The notes under the pieces: generated by a model
What the model was told of the DNA's origin: nothing
Database searches by the model: none
The model's input: the letters and a program-made list of their open reading frames with translations, nothing else
Source of the DNA: Octopus sinensis
Taxonomy: Eukaryota
Direction: 5' to 3'
Assembly: GCF_006345805.1 (NCBI RefSeq)
Contig: NC_043001.1
Location: 30,008,001 to 30,072,000, forward strand
DNA: 64,000 nt
Part shown: positions 11,981 to 22,939 of the stretch, piece after piece
Numbering within the stretch: the stretch's first letter is position 1
How the letters are laid out: every line of letters starts with the position of its first letter
Position numbers and translations under genes: made by a program

Positions 11981-12347
11981 ATATATGCATATATATATAT
12001 ATAAGGTATTGGTATCTAGAAGACCCAAAGAGTGGCAGGTAATGCTAAGTAAGTACTGAGGACAGACCATAGTCAAATTCTTGGTTCGATCGTGATACGA
12101 GTGAGAAGTTTAATGTGGGTCATGTATTAGCCTGCATATATATATATTAGACAAGAACAGATAACAAAGCCAAGGCTGTGAGCAGTTTTCAAGACATTTA
12201 TAATATCTCGAATAATACAATTGCAACAACAATATTTTATATGCTATTTCTACTTCCATTCTTTTATTTCTCTCTATTTTCCCTATCTCTCCCTTTTCCA
12301 TAATAATTTCCTTATTTCGAACTCTAACATTCACCTTTCTCACATCA

Positions 12348-12393
12348 TCTCTGATGAAGAGCTATTCATAATATCCCAGAAACAGCTGTAAGG
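12348..12393 (+). ncRNA. type I hammerhead-like motif with intact core
   Basis: tct-CTGATGA-A-GAGCTATT cat AATATCCC-A-GAAAC-AGCT-GTA-agg: stem II 6/8 pairs, palindromic stem III ACAGCTGT, GUA triplet at 12388..12390. Confidence 0.55.
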
Positions 12394-12533
12394 CTATATC
12401 TCTTCCCTTATAAATGTCATGAAAACTCCTCACAACCTTGGGTTTGTTATCTGTTCTTGTCTAATATACAAACATACATATATATATATTTATATATATA
12501 TATATATAAATGAGTTTATTAATAATTTTCTAG

Positions 12534-12641
12534 GTGCCCAAACAGCTGTTTGAAACCCTGGTATTTCAATTAATACATTGGTTTACAAGTAACAAGAAGT
12601 TTGAAAATGCAGAATCCATGGCCCTTTTGGATGCTATTTAT
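12534..12641 (+). CDS. PRKDC: DNA-PKcs exon 6 (0-0)
   Basis: ttctag|GTG...TAT|gtaagt; [36 protein letters not shown]. Confidence 0.94.
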
Positions 12642-13293
12642 GTAAGTAAGAATTTTAATTTTTGCTTTTGTTAGACAAACCCCTACCTTTGTAAATCGTT
12701 ACTACCATACTTTTGTATGAGGAAGGCCCATGTGGAGAGAGAGGTACTGCCTGCCAATGAATTTACTGAAAGACAGATGTGAGTAATGAGAAACTACAGC
12801 TATAATGGCAAACTTGACTTGGCATTTGGTTTAACACTAAAATCCAATCCTTACAAGTAACTTTGCCTTTTGCAGATACCATTCTGTGACAAGCATTCTG
12901 GCCATATTCCCGATCTGAGGATAACTTCCTTTATTATCCCAAGTTCCAGGAGCCTTATAATGAGTCATAGCCGTTATTCTTCCTCCTTTGGCATGTTATC
13001 TTTACTTAACATTCTCTTTTCCATGCTTTCATGGGTTAGATGGAATTTGTTGGGGCAGATTTTCTACAGCTAGATGCCTTTCCTTTTGCCAATTCTCACC
13101 TGTTTCCAAGCTAGGTAATATTTTCCCATAACTAGATATGCTTTTCACAGAAAACTGGAAATGAACAACCCCACTTGTATGACAATCATGCTCGTTTACA
13201 ACCATCATGTGATATCTTGACACAGTTACACACAAATACATACACAAGAATAAAATATGATTTTAAGACTAGTTGTGGTCTTCTTTCATTTAG

Positions 13294-13392
13294 GATGGTA
13301 TTATCCAGTCTGAAGATACAGGCCTTCGAGATTTTTGTGCAAAATGCATTGCAGAATTTTTTAAATGGTCTCTGAAAAGAAAAAGTAGTGAG
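13294..13392 (+). CDS. PRKDC: DNA-PKcs exon 7 (0-0)
   Basis: atttag|GAT...GAG|gtaagt; DGIIQSEDTGLRDFCAKCIAEFFKWSLKRKSSE. Confidence 0.94.
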
Positions 13393-13660
13393 GTAAGTAT
13401 ATATTCTTTCATCCTATTATTATTTTCAGTGAATGGACTCCAGCCATGCTGTAACTTATATAAATACATTTATATGCTATAAAAATTCTTTTGTAAGCCA
13501 TTGCCTAACCCTAAAGTAAACAGAAAATGGAGAAATATTGATCAACAACAATTGACTAACATTGATTATTACTTTTTAATACAAATAGACTTTATCCTGT
13601 CTAACAGCTGTTTCTGCATCCAATGTTCCACAGTATTGCCATTGAAAATTATGAAAATAA

Positions 13661-14223
13661 TATTGGGCTGTCCGGAAAGTTTGTGCTGATTTATAGTAGC
13701 TTACCTTTCGATTTATTTTAGAACATGGTTGAGTCCATAAAATAGGATTTGATTACACCTCCATTTAGAGCACAGTTTAAGCTATCTTTTCATGGAAGAA
13801 GGTTTATGTCCCTATAACCTGTGTTACTTCTGTAACCCTTTAAAATGGAAGATAAGAAAGTTCATTTTCGGCACTTGATGCTTTGGGAACCAGACAAAAA
13901 TTGCTGCAGTTCGGCTGGGATGTGTTACCCCACCCTCCATATTCACCAGATATTGCTCCTTTGGATTTCCACTTATTCAGGTCTCTGCAGAATAGTCTTA
14001 ATGGTAAAATTTCAATTCCTTGGATAACATAAAAAGATACCTTGATGAATTCTTTGTCATGAAACCACCTCAATTCTGGGAAGAGGGTATTTTCAAGTTA
14101 AAGGAAAGATGGAGACGCATTGTGCATGGTTCATACTTGGTTGATTAAAAATGTAATGGCAATTATTTATTGACCTTTTGCTTTCCTTTAAAAATCGGCA
14201 CAAACTTTCCAGATAACCCAATA
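13661..14223 (+). mobile_element. internally deleted mariner with both TIRs
   Basis: TIRs tattgggctgtccggaaagtttgtgctgattt / aaatcggcacaaactttccagataacccaata, TA termini. MEDKKVHFRHLMLWE is joined to HPPYSPDIAPLDFHLFRSLQN. Confidence 0.9.
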
Positions 14224-14231
14224 TTTTAATG

Positions 14232-14263
<32 letters not shown>

Positions 14264-14513
14264 GCATCACATTTGCATACATCCATGCTATAGAAACAGA
14301 CAGACAGATATCAATAGTTTCTTTCAGTTTCCGTCTACTACATCCATTCACTAGGTTTTGGTCAACCCAGAGTTATAGTAGAAGACACTTGCCCAAGATG
14401 TCAAACTGTGGGATTGAACCCAAAACACATGGTTGGGAAGCAACCTTCTTAATCACACAGCCATGCCTGCACCTATATTTTTACTCTCTATCAAATATTT
14501 TCATTTTTTGCAG

Positions 14514-14632
14514 AAAAACCCAGTAAATGTGATATCAGTCTTAACTCGACTGTACAGCTATACTCTTCATCCTGACCCATTTAAGAGGCTTGGAGCTGCT
14601 TTAGCTTTCAACAATTTTTATACCATATTTAG
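14514..14632 (+). CDS. PRKDC: DNA-PKcs exon 8 (0-2)
   Basis: ttgcag|AAA...AG|gtttgt; [39 protein letters not shown](R). Confidence 0.95.
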
Positions 14633-15479
14633 GTTTGTAATCCAATGATTCTATTTCTCTGTTACATCCAAGATCAGTTATTACTTCTGTGTAACAAATT
14701 GAGCAGAATATTGACTTTTTTCTTTATTTTGTCTGCTTTTCTTTTTTTTTCTTTTTCTTTATCTATGCTACATATCAATCAGTGTGTTCCTTAAATACTT
14801 GAGCCGATATTAGTTCATATTTTGGCACAAGGCCAGCAGTTTTGGGAGAGGGGTAAAGTTAATTACATCAACCTCAGTACTTATTTTATCGATCCAGAAA
14901 GGACGAAAGACAAAGTCAGCCTCAGCAGAACTTGAACTCAGAGTACAAAGACAGACAAAATGCCGCTAAGCATCTTCCCTGGTATGCTAACAACTCTGCC
15001 AGCTCACTGCCTTCAATCTTTATTGAAACATGCAGTGTTTAAAATTTCTTGTCCATTACATTTCTGCCCTTCTCTCAGATATTGTAAGGTACAACAAATG
15101 TTCAAGGACTTGGGAAAGGACAAAAAGTAAAAAATAATGGTTGGATCAGTTCATTCTATGCTAGTAATTTGATAACATTTTGGTGAATTATACATATTTA
15201 TTTCACCTAAGCATTGATATAAAGAGCTGAAAGTGCTAAAAATCTTGCTGTGGTCAAATTCATCTTCCATGAAGCATTATGTTCAGAAGACAAAGAAAAT
15301 TTGTTGAGTGTAGCGTGGTATTATTGGATATAAGATTGAGCATTATGTGTTGAGTGTTATTACACATAAAAATAAGCATACTAAAAAGTACAAGTAGCTG
15401 TCCCTCATGAGTGAGTATGGTTAAGCAACATAAGTGGGTGTGGTTTGTTAATCATTTAAGGTACCTTTGTAGTTATGAG

Positions 15480-15665
15480 CACCCAATCCAGAGCTGCATC
15501 TAATCCAGAGCTTCACCCAATCCAAAGCTGCACTCAATCCAAAGCTTCACCCAATCCAGAGCTTCACCCAATCCAGAGCTGCACCCAATCCAAAGCTTCA
15601 CCCAATCCAAAACACACTCCATCCAAAATTGCACCTCATCCATAGCTGCACCCAATCCAAAGCTG
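15480..15665. repeat. 17-bp minisatellite (CACCCAATCCA[G/A]AGCT[G/T]), ~11 units
   Basis: Direct reading. Confidence 0.9.
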
Positions 15666-16590
15666 TAGTCAGTCATGTTATTCTGATATTATATCTAGTT
15701 GCTCCTACTCATATAAAATTTCATATGTAAATACTCAGTATGGAAATTAGGATGGAAAAACAGTGAAAATATTCTGCAAAAATTTTATAACAGATGAATT
15801 GTGGAATCTCCTCATGCTAATGCAAGTTTTGAAAATCCTTCAGGCCATATTAATCAGAAAGTTGTAAAAGAAATTAAGTGGATATCAGTAGGATTCGAAC
15901 TCAGAATATAAGTGACGTAGCAAAGTATCACAAGTTATTGGTAATATTTAGGTGGTGAGCTGGCAGAATCGTTAGCACGCCAGGTGAAATGCTTAGTGGT
16001 ATTTCGTCTGCCGCTACATTCTGAGTTCAAATTCCACTGAGGTCAACTTTGCCTTTCATCATTTCAGGGTCGATAAATTAAATGCCAGTTATGTACTGGG
16101 GGCAATCTGATCGACTGGACCTCTCCCACGAAATTTCAGGCCTTGTGCTTATTACAGAAAGGAATATTTTGGTTAATATCAAGGTTTTGTATTCATCCCT
16201 TAATAATGCCACTAATTTAGGAAAAACACTCTTGGTTATCTTGTAGAACAAACAGTTATCTTCAGAATGTGTGTAAAAAGTATGATACCTTATGATTATA
16301 GAAGATTTAGTACCTATTTCTAGTAACTCAGTGAATAAAGTCAAGTGTTCTGTCCCCAAATCCAAAATACAACAGAATAAACTCTTTTGTAACCAAACTT
16401 TTTTTAAATTTAATTTCTTTATGTTAATTAATTTCAAATATAGAATTAATTAAAATAAATTTGTTACTATTAAGCCAGTGTTTAGAAGTAAAATGACCAT
16501 GAAGTCTTGATGTGAAATTTAGATTTGATCCATTTTAAAACAAAGTATATACCATAGAACAAAGAGCGGTCCTGGGCAGATTGGTATCAA

Positions 16591-16822
16591 GGCGGCGAGC
16601 TGGCAGAATCGTTAGCACGCCAGGCGAAATGCTTAGCAGTATTTCGTCTGCCGTTACGTTCTGAGTTCAAATTCCGCCGAGGTCGACTTTGCCTTTCATC
16701 CTTTCGGGGGTCGATAAATTAAGTACCAGTTATGCACTGGGGTCGATGTAATCGACTTAATCCGTTTGTCTGTCCTTGTTTGTCCCCTCTGTGTTTAGCC
16801 CCTTGTGGGTAATAAAGAAATA
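16591..16822 (+). mobile_element. SINE family B (~230 bp, tail AAAGAAATA), 8-bp TSD
   Basis: TSD GGTATCAA at 16583..16590 and 16823..16830; central TTTGCCTTTCATCCTTTCGGGGTCGATAAA domain. Confidence 0.9.
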
Positions 16823-17002
16823 GGTATCAAAAGGGTCAATCAACTGGTAATAAAAACACCTGATCCACTGGACTGTTTTACCTCTTTAGTACAAAACTAA
16901 AAGATTGATGGGAAAATATAACCTTACACTTTAACCATTCTATATCATTTTTATTTTGTCTTATGTTACTATTTATTTTTATTCTATTTTGTTATATTTT
17001 AG

Positions 17003-17097
17003 AGAACATGATATACTGATTGATCAGTTTGTATTTAACCTTTTGGTACATTTTGTGAAAAGCTTAGCTTTATGTCACAAGGATGACCAATCTTTAG
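17003..17097 (+). CDS. PRKDC: DNA-PKcs exon 9 (2-1)
   Basis: ttttag|A...G|gtaag; EHDILIDQFVFNLLVHFVKSLALCHKDDQSL(G). Confidence 0.93.
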
Positions 17098-18324
17098 GTA
17101 AGTTCTACATTACCATTTTGTTTTGTTATTATTTTTTCTCTGCCATAATCATTAATTTTATTTTCACCTATTGTCATTGTTAAGCAACCACAGTTGTTTT
17201 TAATGCAGCAGTTAGGTTCATCATCATCATCATCACCATCATCATCGTTTAACGTCCGTTTTCCATGCTAGCATCGGTTGGATGGTTCAACCGGGGTCTG
17301 GGAAGCCAGGAGCCTGCACCAGGCTCCAGTCTGATCTGGCAGTGTTTCTACAGCTGGATGCCCTTCCTAACGCCAACCACTTCATGAGTGTAGTGGGTGC
17401 TTTTTACGTGCCACCGGCACAGGTGCCAGTGGGGGCTGGCAACGGCCACGATCAGTTGGAGCTTTTTACATGTCACCGGCATGGAAGCCAGTCGAGGCGG
17501 CGCTGGCAACGGCCACGTTCGGATGGTGCTTTTTACATGCCACCAGCCCTGGTATCACAACTACAATTTCCATTAATTTTTTGATCGGTTTCGATTACCT
17601 CAACAGGTCCTCGCAAGCAGAGGTCAACCTTACTATTTCATAGTTCTTCCTACTTAGTCCACCGCTTCTGTGAATTAACATCTACTATCAACCATGGCAT
17701 TTCTTTACCAAACATGCATTATCCAGAGTTGAAAACTCCACTCAGTCTTTAAAAACCTTAAGCTAAAACTCTGACACTTCCTACAAATGACTGAACCTCT
17801 TAATTCTGGTGATCAGCAGTGATAACCAATGTCTACCAAAGCTATGGCTGTATAACAATAAACAGGCTTTTTTTTTCAGAACCAAAAAGTAGCTCTGCCT
17901 TGAATATAGTTTGAGTTTATACTAGGTACAAGTATTTCCCCTCTGTTAGGAAAACTGCTTGCACTTTTAGAGTGATGTAATCCTAGACTTGATCCCTAAA
18001 AAACTGCCCAGCCAGCTAAGTAAGTCTTTACTCACCAATGCAGTTAAACAAATTTCCCAAGCCAAGCTGTATTTCCTCCGCCTCACCCTGTTGTTGTTGT
18101 TGCTGCTGCTACAGCTACTACTACTACAACTAATTATAATAATCCTTTCTACTGAAGGTACAAGGCCTAAAATTTTGGGGAGGGGACCCCAGTGTTTCAC
18201 TGGTACTTATTTTATTAATCCTGAAAGGATGAAAGGCAAAGTCAACCTCGGCAAAATTTGAACTCTGAACATAAGGACAGACAAAATGCCAGTAAGCATT
18301 TGCCTAGCATGCTAACAATCCTGA

Positions 18325-18415
18325 CTACTACTACTAATAATGATAATAATAATAATAATAATAATAGTAGTAGTAGTAGCAGTAGTAGTAGTAGCAGTAG
18401 CAGCAGCAGCAGCAG
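18325..18415. repeat. compound trinucleotide microsatellite (CTA/TAA/TAG/CAG)
   Basis: Direct reading; similar tract at 4080..4172. Confidence 0.9.
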
Positions 18416-19635
18416 TCTCTTAGGGACAGGAAAGATTATCAGGAGGGTTTTAAGCACATGAAAGACTATTGAAAGATTGCAGATACCTAAAGTATTCAAA
18501 AACTTTCAGTGGTCACATAAATTCTATCAGAAATAAAAACAAACCTAAGTGAGATCATCATCATCATCATCATCGTTTAACGTCCGCTTTCCATGCTAGC
18601 ATGGGTTGGATGAATGACTGAGGGCTGGCAAACCAGATGGCTGCACCAGGCTTCAATTTTGATCTGGCAGAGTTTCTACAGCTGGATGCCCTTCCTAATG
18701 CCAACCACTCCAAGAGTGTAATGGTTGCTTTTACGTGCCACCAGCGCGGAGCCAGTCAGGCAGTACTGGCAACGACCTCGCTCGAATCTTTTACACATGC
18801 CACCGGCACAGGTGCCAGTAAGGTGATGCTGGTAACGATCACGCTCGAATGGTGTCTTTTACGTTCCACTAGCATGGAGGCCAGATAGCCGCTCTGGCAA
18901 CGATCACATTCGGATGGTGCTCTTAATACCCTACTAACACGGGGCTCAAGTGCCAGTAAGGCAATGCTGGTAACGATCACGCTCGAATGATGCCTTTTAA
19001 GTGTCACTGGCACTGAAGCTGGTTAGCCACTCTGTCAATGATCACACTCATATGGTGCTCTTTGCACCCTGCTAGCATGGACGCCAGTCATCGAATTTGA
19101 TTTTGATTTCACTTGCCTCTGATTTTGATTTCGATAATAATAATGATGATGATGATGATGATGATAATATTATGGTCCCTACTATTCTAAGCTTGCAAGC
19201 TGACTATAAACCATCTCAATCTAAATCACCTCACCGCAACTTCTAAAGGAAGAAGGTTTTGGAAAAGCTCTGTGATATGGGATCTATCTCACAGTAAAAA
19301 TTTTTTCAAAAACCTTCCAGTTTTAGAATTGGACTCTCCTTCTGACAACTCTAGAAATTCACACTGAACATTATCCTTTCATGTCGTCATCTCTTGATCG
19401 AGTATGTCTTGGAAAGGTCTACAGATGCAAACCCTACTTTTCCTACCTCCTTATTCTGTTGACAAGATATTTCAAAAATCAACCTTTGATAAAAGAAAGA
19501 AAATAAATACTGCTAAGTGACTGAAATAGTGCAACCTATTAGAAATAGCAGCAAAATTCTTCCTCAAGTCAAATCCAATTGTCTTAAAAAAGAGATGGGA
19601 TACATTGAATGATATGTTTCTAGGTATACTATGTC

Positions 19636-19862
19636 AGCGAGCTGGCAGAATCATTAGCACGACGGGTGAAATGCTTAGCAGTATTTCATCTGCCACTACG
19701 TTCTGAGTTCAAGTTCCGCCAAGGTCAACTTTGCCTTTCATCCTTTCGGGGTCGATTAAATAAGTACCAGTTACGCACTGGGGTCGATATAATCAACTTA
19801 ATCCATTTGTCTGTCCTTGTTTGTCCCTTCTGTGTTTAGCCCCTTGTAGGTAGTAAAGGAAA
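19636..19862 (+). mobile_element. SINE family B, 15-bp TSD
   Basis: TSD TAGGTATACTATGTC at 19621..19635 and 19863..19877. Confidence 0.92.
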
Positions 19863-20131
19863 TAGGTATACTATGTCTCAAGAAAAGAGAAGGTGACCAT
19901 GGCTGGTATGCCTTCGATTGTAGATCTGCTTAATCAGAACTGTTTAACTGCATTGGTGAGTAAAGACTGACCATAACAAACTAAATTTCCAATGCAAAAT
20001 TTTCATTTTTCATGTTGTAAGAAAGATATTAATTCTATTTCATATTCTATAATGCATTGCTTTTTGTTAATATTATCTCTGATTTTCTAACTTATTTTCC
20101 TATTTTTTATTTTTTTGTCTTTAATAATTAG

Positions 20132-20234
20132 GTGTCAATTCACAGTGTTGTAAAGCTTTGGACCACTTAGAAAGAATTATCTTGAAGAAAGCCGATATGT
20201 TAAAAGAAGTTAGCTCAGCTCGTAAACAGCCAAG
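20132..20234 (+). CDS. PRKDC: DNA-PKcs exon 10 (1-2)
   Basis: aattag|GT...AG|gtac; VNSQCCKALDHLERIILKKADMLKEVSSARKQP. Confidence 0.92.
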
Positions 20235-20294
20235 GTACTTATCATATCTTTCAGTAACTGAATTGGTTTCTTTTTATTAAGCACAAGGCTAATT

Positions 20295-21016
20295 CATCAT
20301 CCTCATCGTCGTCATTTAACATCCTCTTTCCATGCTGACATGGGTTGGACGATTTTACTGAGGGCTGCTGAGCCAGAAGGCTGCACCAAGCTCCAATCCA
20401 ATCTCACAATGTTTCTACAGCTGGATGCCCTTCCTAACACCAACCACTCCGAGAGTGTAGTGGCTGCTTTTTATGTGCCACCAAACACAAGGGCCAGTTA
20501 GGCTGTACTGGCATTGACTACACTTGAATGGTGCATTTTACGTGCCACTGGCATGGGACCAGCCAGCTGGCACTGGCATCGACCACGCTTAAATGGTGCT
20601 TTTTACGTGCCACTGGCACAGGTGCCAATCAGGCGGTACTGTCATCGGTCACGACAACAACTTCACTTGCCTCAGCAGGTCTTTGCAAGTGCAGTTTATG
20701 GCCTAGTGATTCAAGGGTACTCTTAAATGGGCATGGTTATGCTGCACTGACATAGGCACAGTTACAGTCTCACGTGGCTTGCCGGATCTTCTCAAGCACA
20801 GCATATCTTCAAAGGTCTCGGTCACTTGTGATTGCCTTGGTGAGGCCCAACGTTCGAAGGTCATGCCTCACCACCTCATTCCAGGTCTTCTTGGGTCTAC
20901 CTCTTCCTCAGGTTCCCTCACTGCTAGGGTGTGACACCTTTTCACCCAGCTGTCCTCATCTATACACAACACATGGCCACACCAGTGCAGTTGTCTCTCC
21001 TGAACACCACATCTGA
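20295..21016 (-). mobile_element. RTE-clade LINE 3' fragment including the degraded ORF2 C-terminus
   Basis: Minus strand reads ..QLHWCGHVLCIDEDSWVKRC..GRGRPKKTWNEVVRHDLRTLGL..DRDL*RYAVLEK, then the UTR and (GAT)n tail. Similar ORF2 ends on + at 31815..32232 and 41045..41526. Confidence 0.85.
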
Positions 21017-22516
21017 TGGGAAAGGAAACTTTAAGACTGAGAATGATAGTAATGCATGATTTTGTGTCTCTTTGTCTTAACATTGCATGAGTGTCGCAAG
21101 TCTCACTGTCGTACAAGCGCTGCCATTTATTTCCAACATTTTCCATATACATTTTTGAACATGAAGAAAGATTATCTTGCTTAGCAACAAGTGAGAGTTG
21201 ACAACTGGAAATCTGCTTCCAACCCATGCAAGCATAGAAAAGTGAATGTTAAAACAATGAGAATGATGATGTGGTTGATGACTTAAAAATCATTAATTAA
21301 AAATTACTTTTTCAGCACTGGAATAAGAAGGAAAAGATTTTTTTATTTTTTATTCAAATTTTGATTGCTATAGAAATGTTTTGTCAGAAATTTTCAGGGA
21401 CAAGATTTTAACACAAACAACTCAAATATTTGTTCCATTGTCAGCAATGATAATTTGAAGCAGTAGAAATGAAAGGGTTTTTTTTTTTCCATTTGGATAT
21501 TCCTGTTCATGCCTTAATTCATGAATACTTTCATTCTTTATATGAGGGAGTGCTGAAAAGTTCCTAGCTTTGAGTAAAATAAAATACAGGAGAATCAGTT
21601 AAATATGATTTTATTTAGAATATTCCAAAAGTGACCTCGCTTGTGCTGGTGCCACTTAAAAAGCACTCAGTCCATTCTCCAGAGTGGTTGATCTTAGGAA
21701 AGGTATTCAGCTGTTAAAACCATGTGAAAACAGAGACAGAAGTCTGGTGTAGTCTTCTACCTGACCAGCTCCTATAAAACTGTCCAACCCATGCCAGCAT
21801 GGAAGACGGATGATAATGATGATATCAAAATTCAGAATCTAAACAAAGGCATACAAATTATACATTTGTTTGATTTAAAAAGCAATTTTCAGGCTTACTT
21901 AAGGTTATATTTCAGCATGTATTTTCAAAAGGTTATGATATACACTGTACTTCTTACTATACACTTACACTTTACACACACTTTTACTTGTTTCAGTCAT
22001 TTGACTGTGGCCATGCTGGAGCACCATCTTTTAGTCGAGCAAATCGACCCCAGGACTTATTCTTTGTAAGCCTAGTACATATTCTATCGGTCTCTTTTGC
22101 TGAAACACTAAGTTACAGGGACGTAAACACAACAGCATCGGACAAACACGCACACACATATATATACATATATACGACGGGCTTCTTTCAGTTTCCGTCT
22201 ACCAAATCCACTCACAAGGCTTTGGTCGACCCGAGGCTATAGTAGAAGACACTTGCTCAAGGTACCACGCAGTGGGAATGAACCTGGAACCATGTGGTTG
22301 GTAAGCATTCTACTTACCACACAGCCACTCCTATGCCTATATAATACTAATGCTTTATAACTTATAACCTATTATAATACTAATGCTTTATAACTTTTTG
22401 TGTGACATATTTTGTATGATTGGATCCTTCTGACTAATAGAAACATAATCATTATTTATATCATAGTTATCATTCTTGTCACTGTAAATAATCCTTTATT
22501 TCTATCCTTATTGTAG

Positions 22517-22641
22517 TCAATGGAACCAAATAACCCTTCTGTATGCGATCCGTTGGCTAGTTCGACAATGCGGTCGTCCCCAAACAAGTTGTCGTCATGC
22601 TTGTATGAAACTTGTTTATAATTTAGCTCCTCAAATTCAAG
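22517..22641 (+). CDS. PRKDC: DNA-PKcs exon 11 (2-1)
   Basis: ttgtag|T...G|gtaag; QWNQITLLYAIRWLVRQCGRPQTSCRHACMKLVYNLAPQIQ(G). Confidence 0.94.
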
Positions 22642-22939
22642 GTAAGAAAAGTATGTGTTTGTGTATTTGGTATTGTTAATTCTTCCCATAATTAGTGGTA
22701 AAGACCCCCTTTGGTCATGAATGACCGTGAGATTGCACCTAGAAAGTTCCTCTCTGAGGCACAAGTCAGGGCAAGGTTGTTTATGGAAGACCAGCAGTCG
22801 CCCATACATACCAGTTCCCCTCTCCACATCACTGATGGTGTCCAAGGGAAAGGCAAAGGCCGAAACAGCTTGGCCCTAGTGATGTCACAACTCATTTCTA
22901 CAGCTGAGTGAACTGGAGCAACATGAAATAAAGTGTCTT

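Noticed and set aside
22456-22845. 129-aa minus-strand ORF
   Set aside because: It is the antisense of PRKDC exon 11 plus a SINE.
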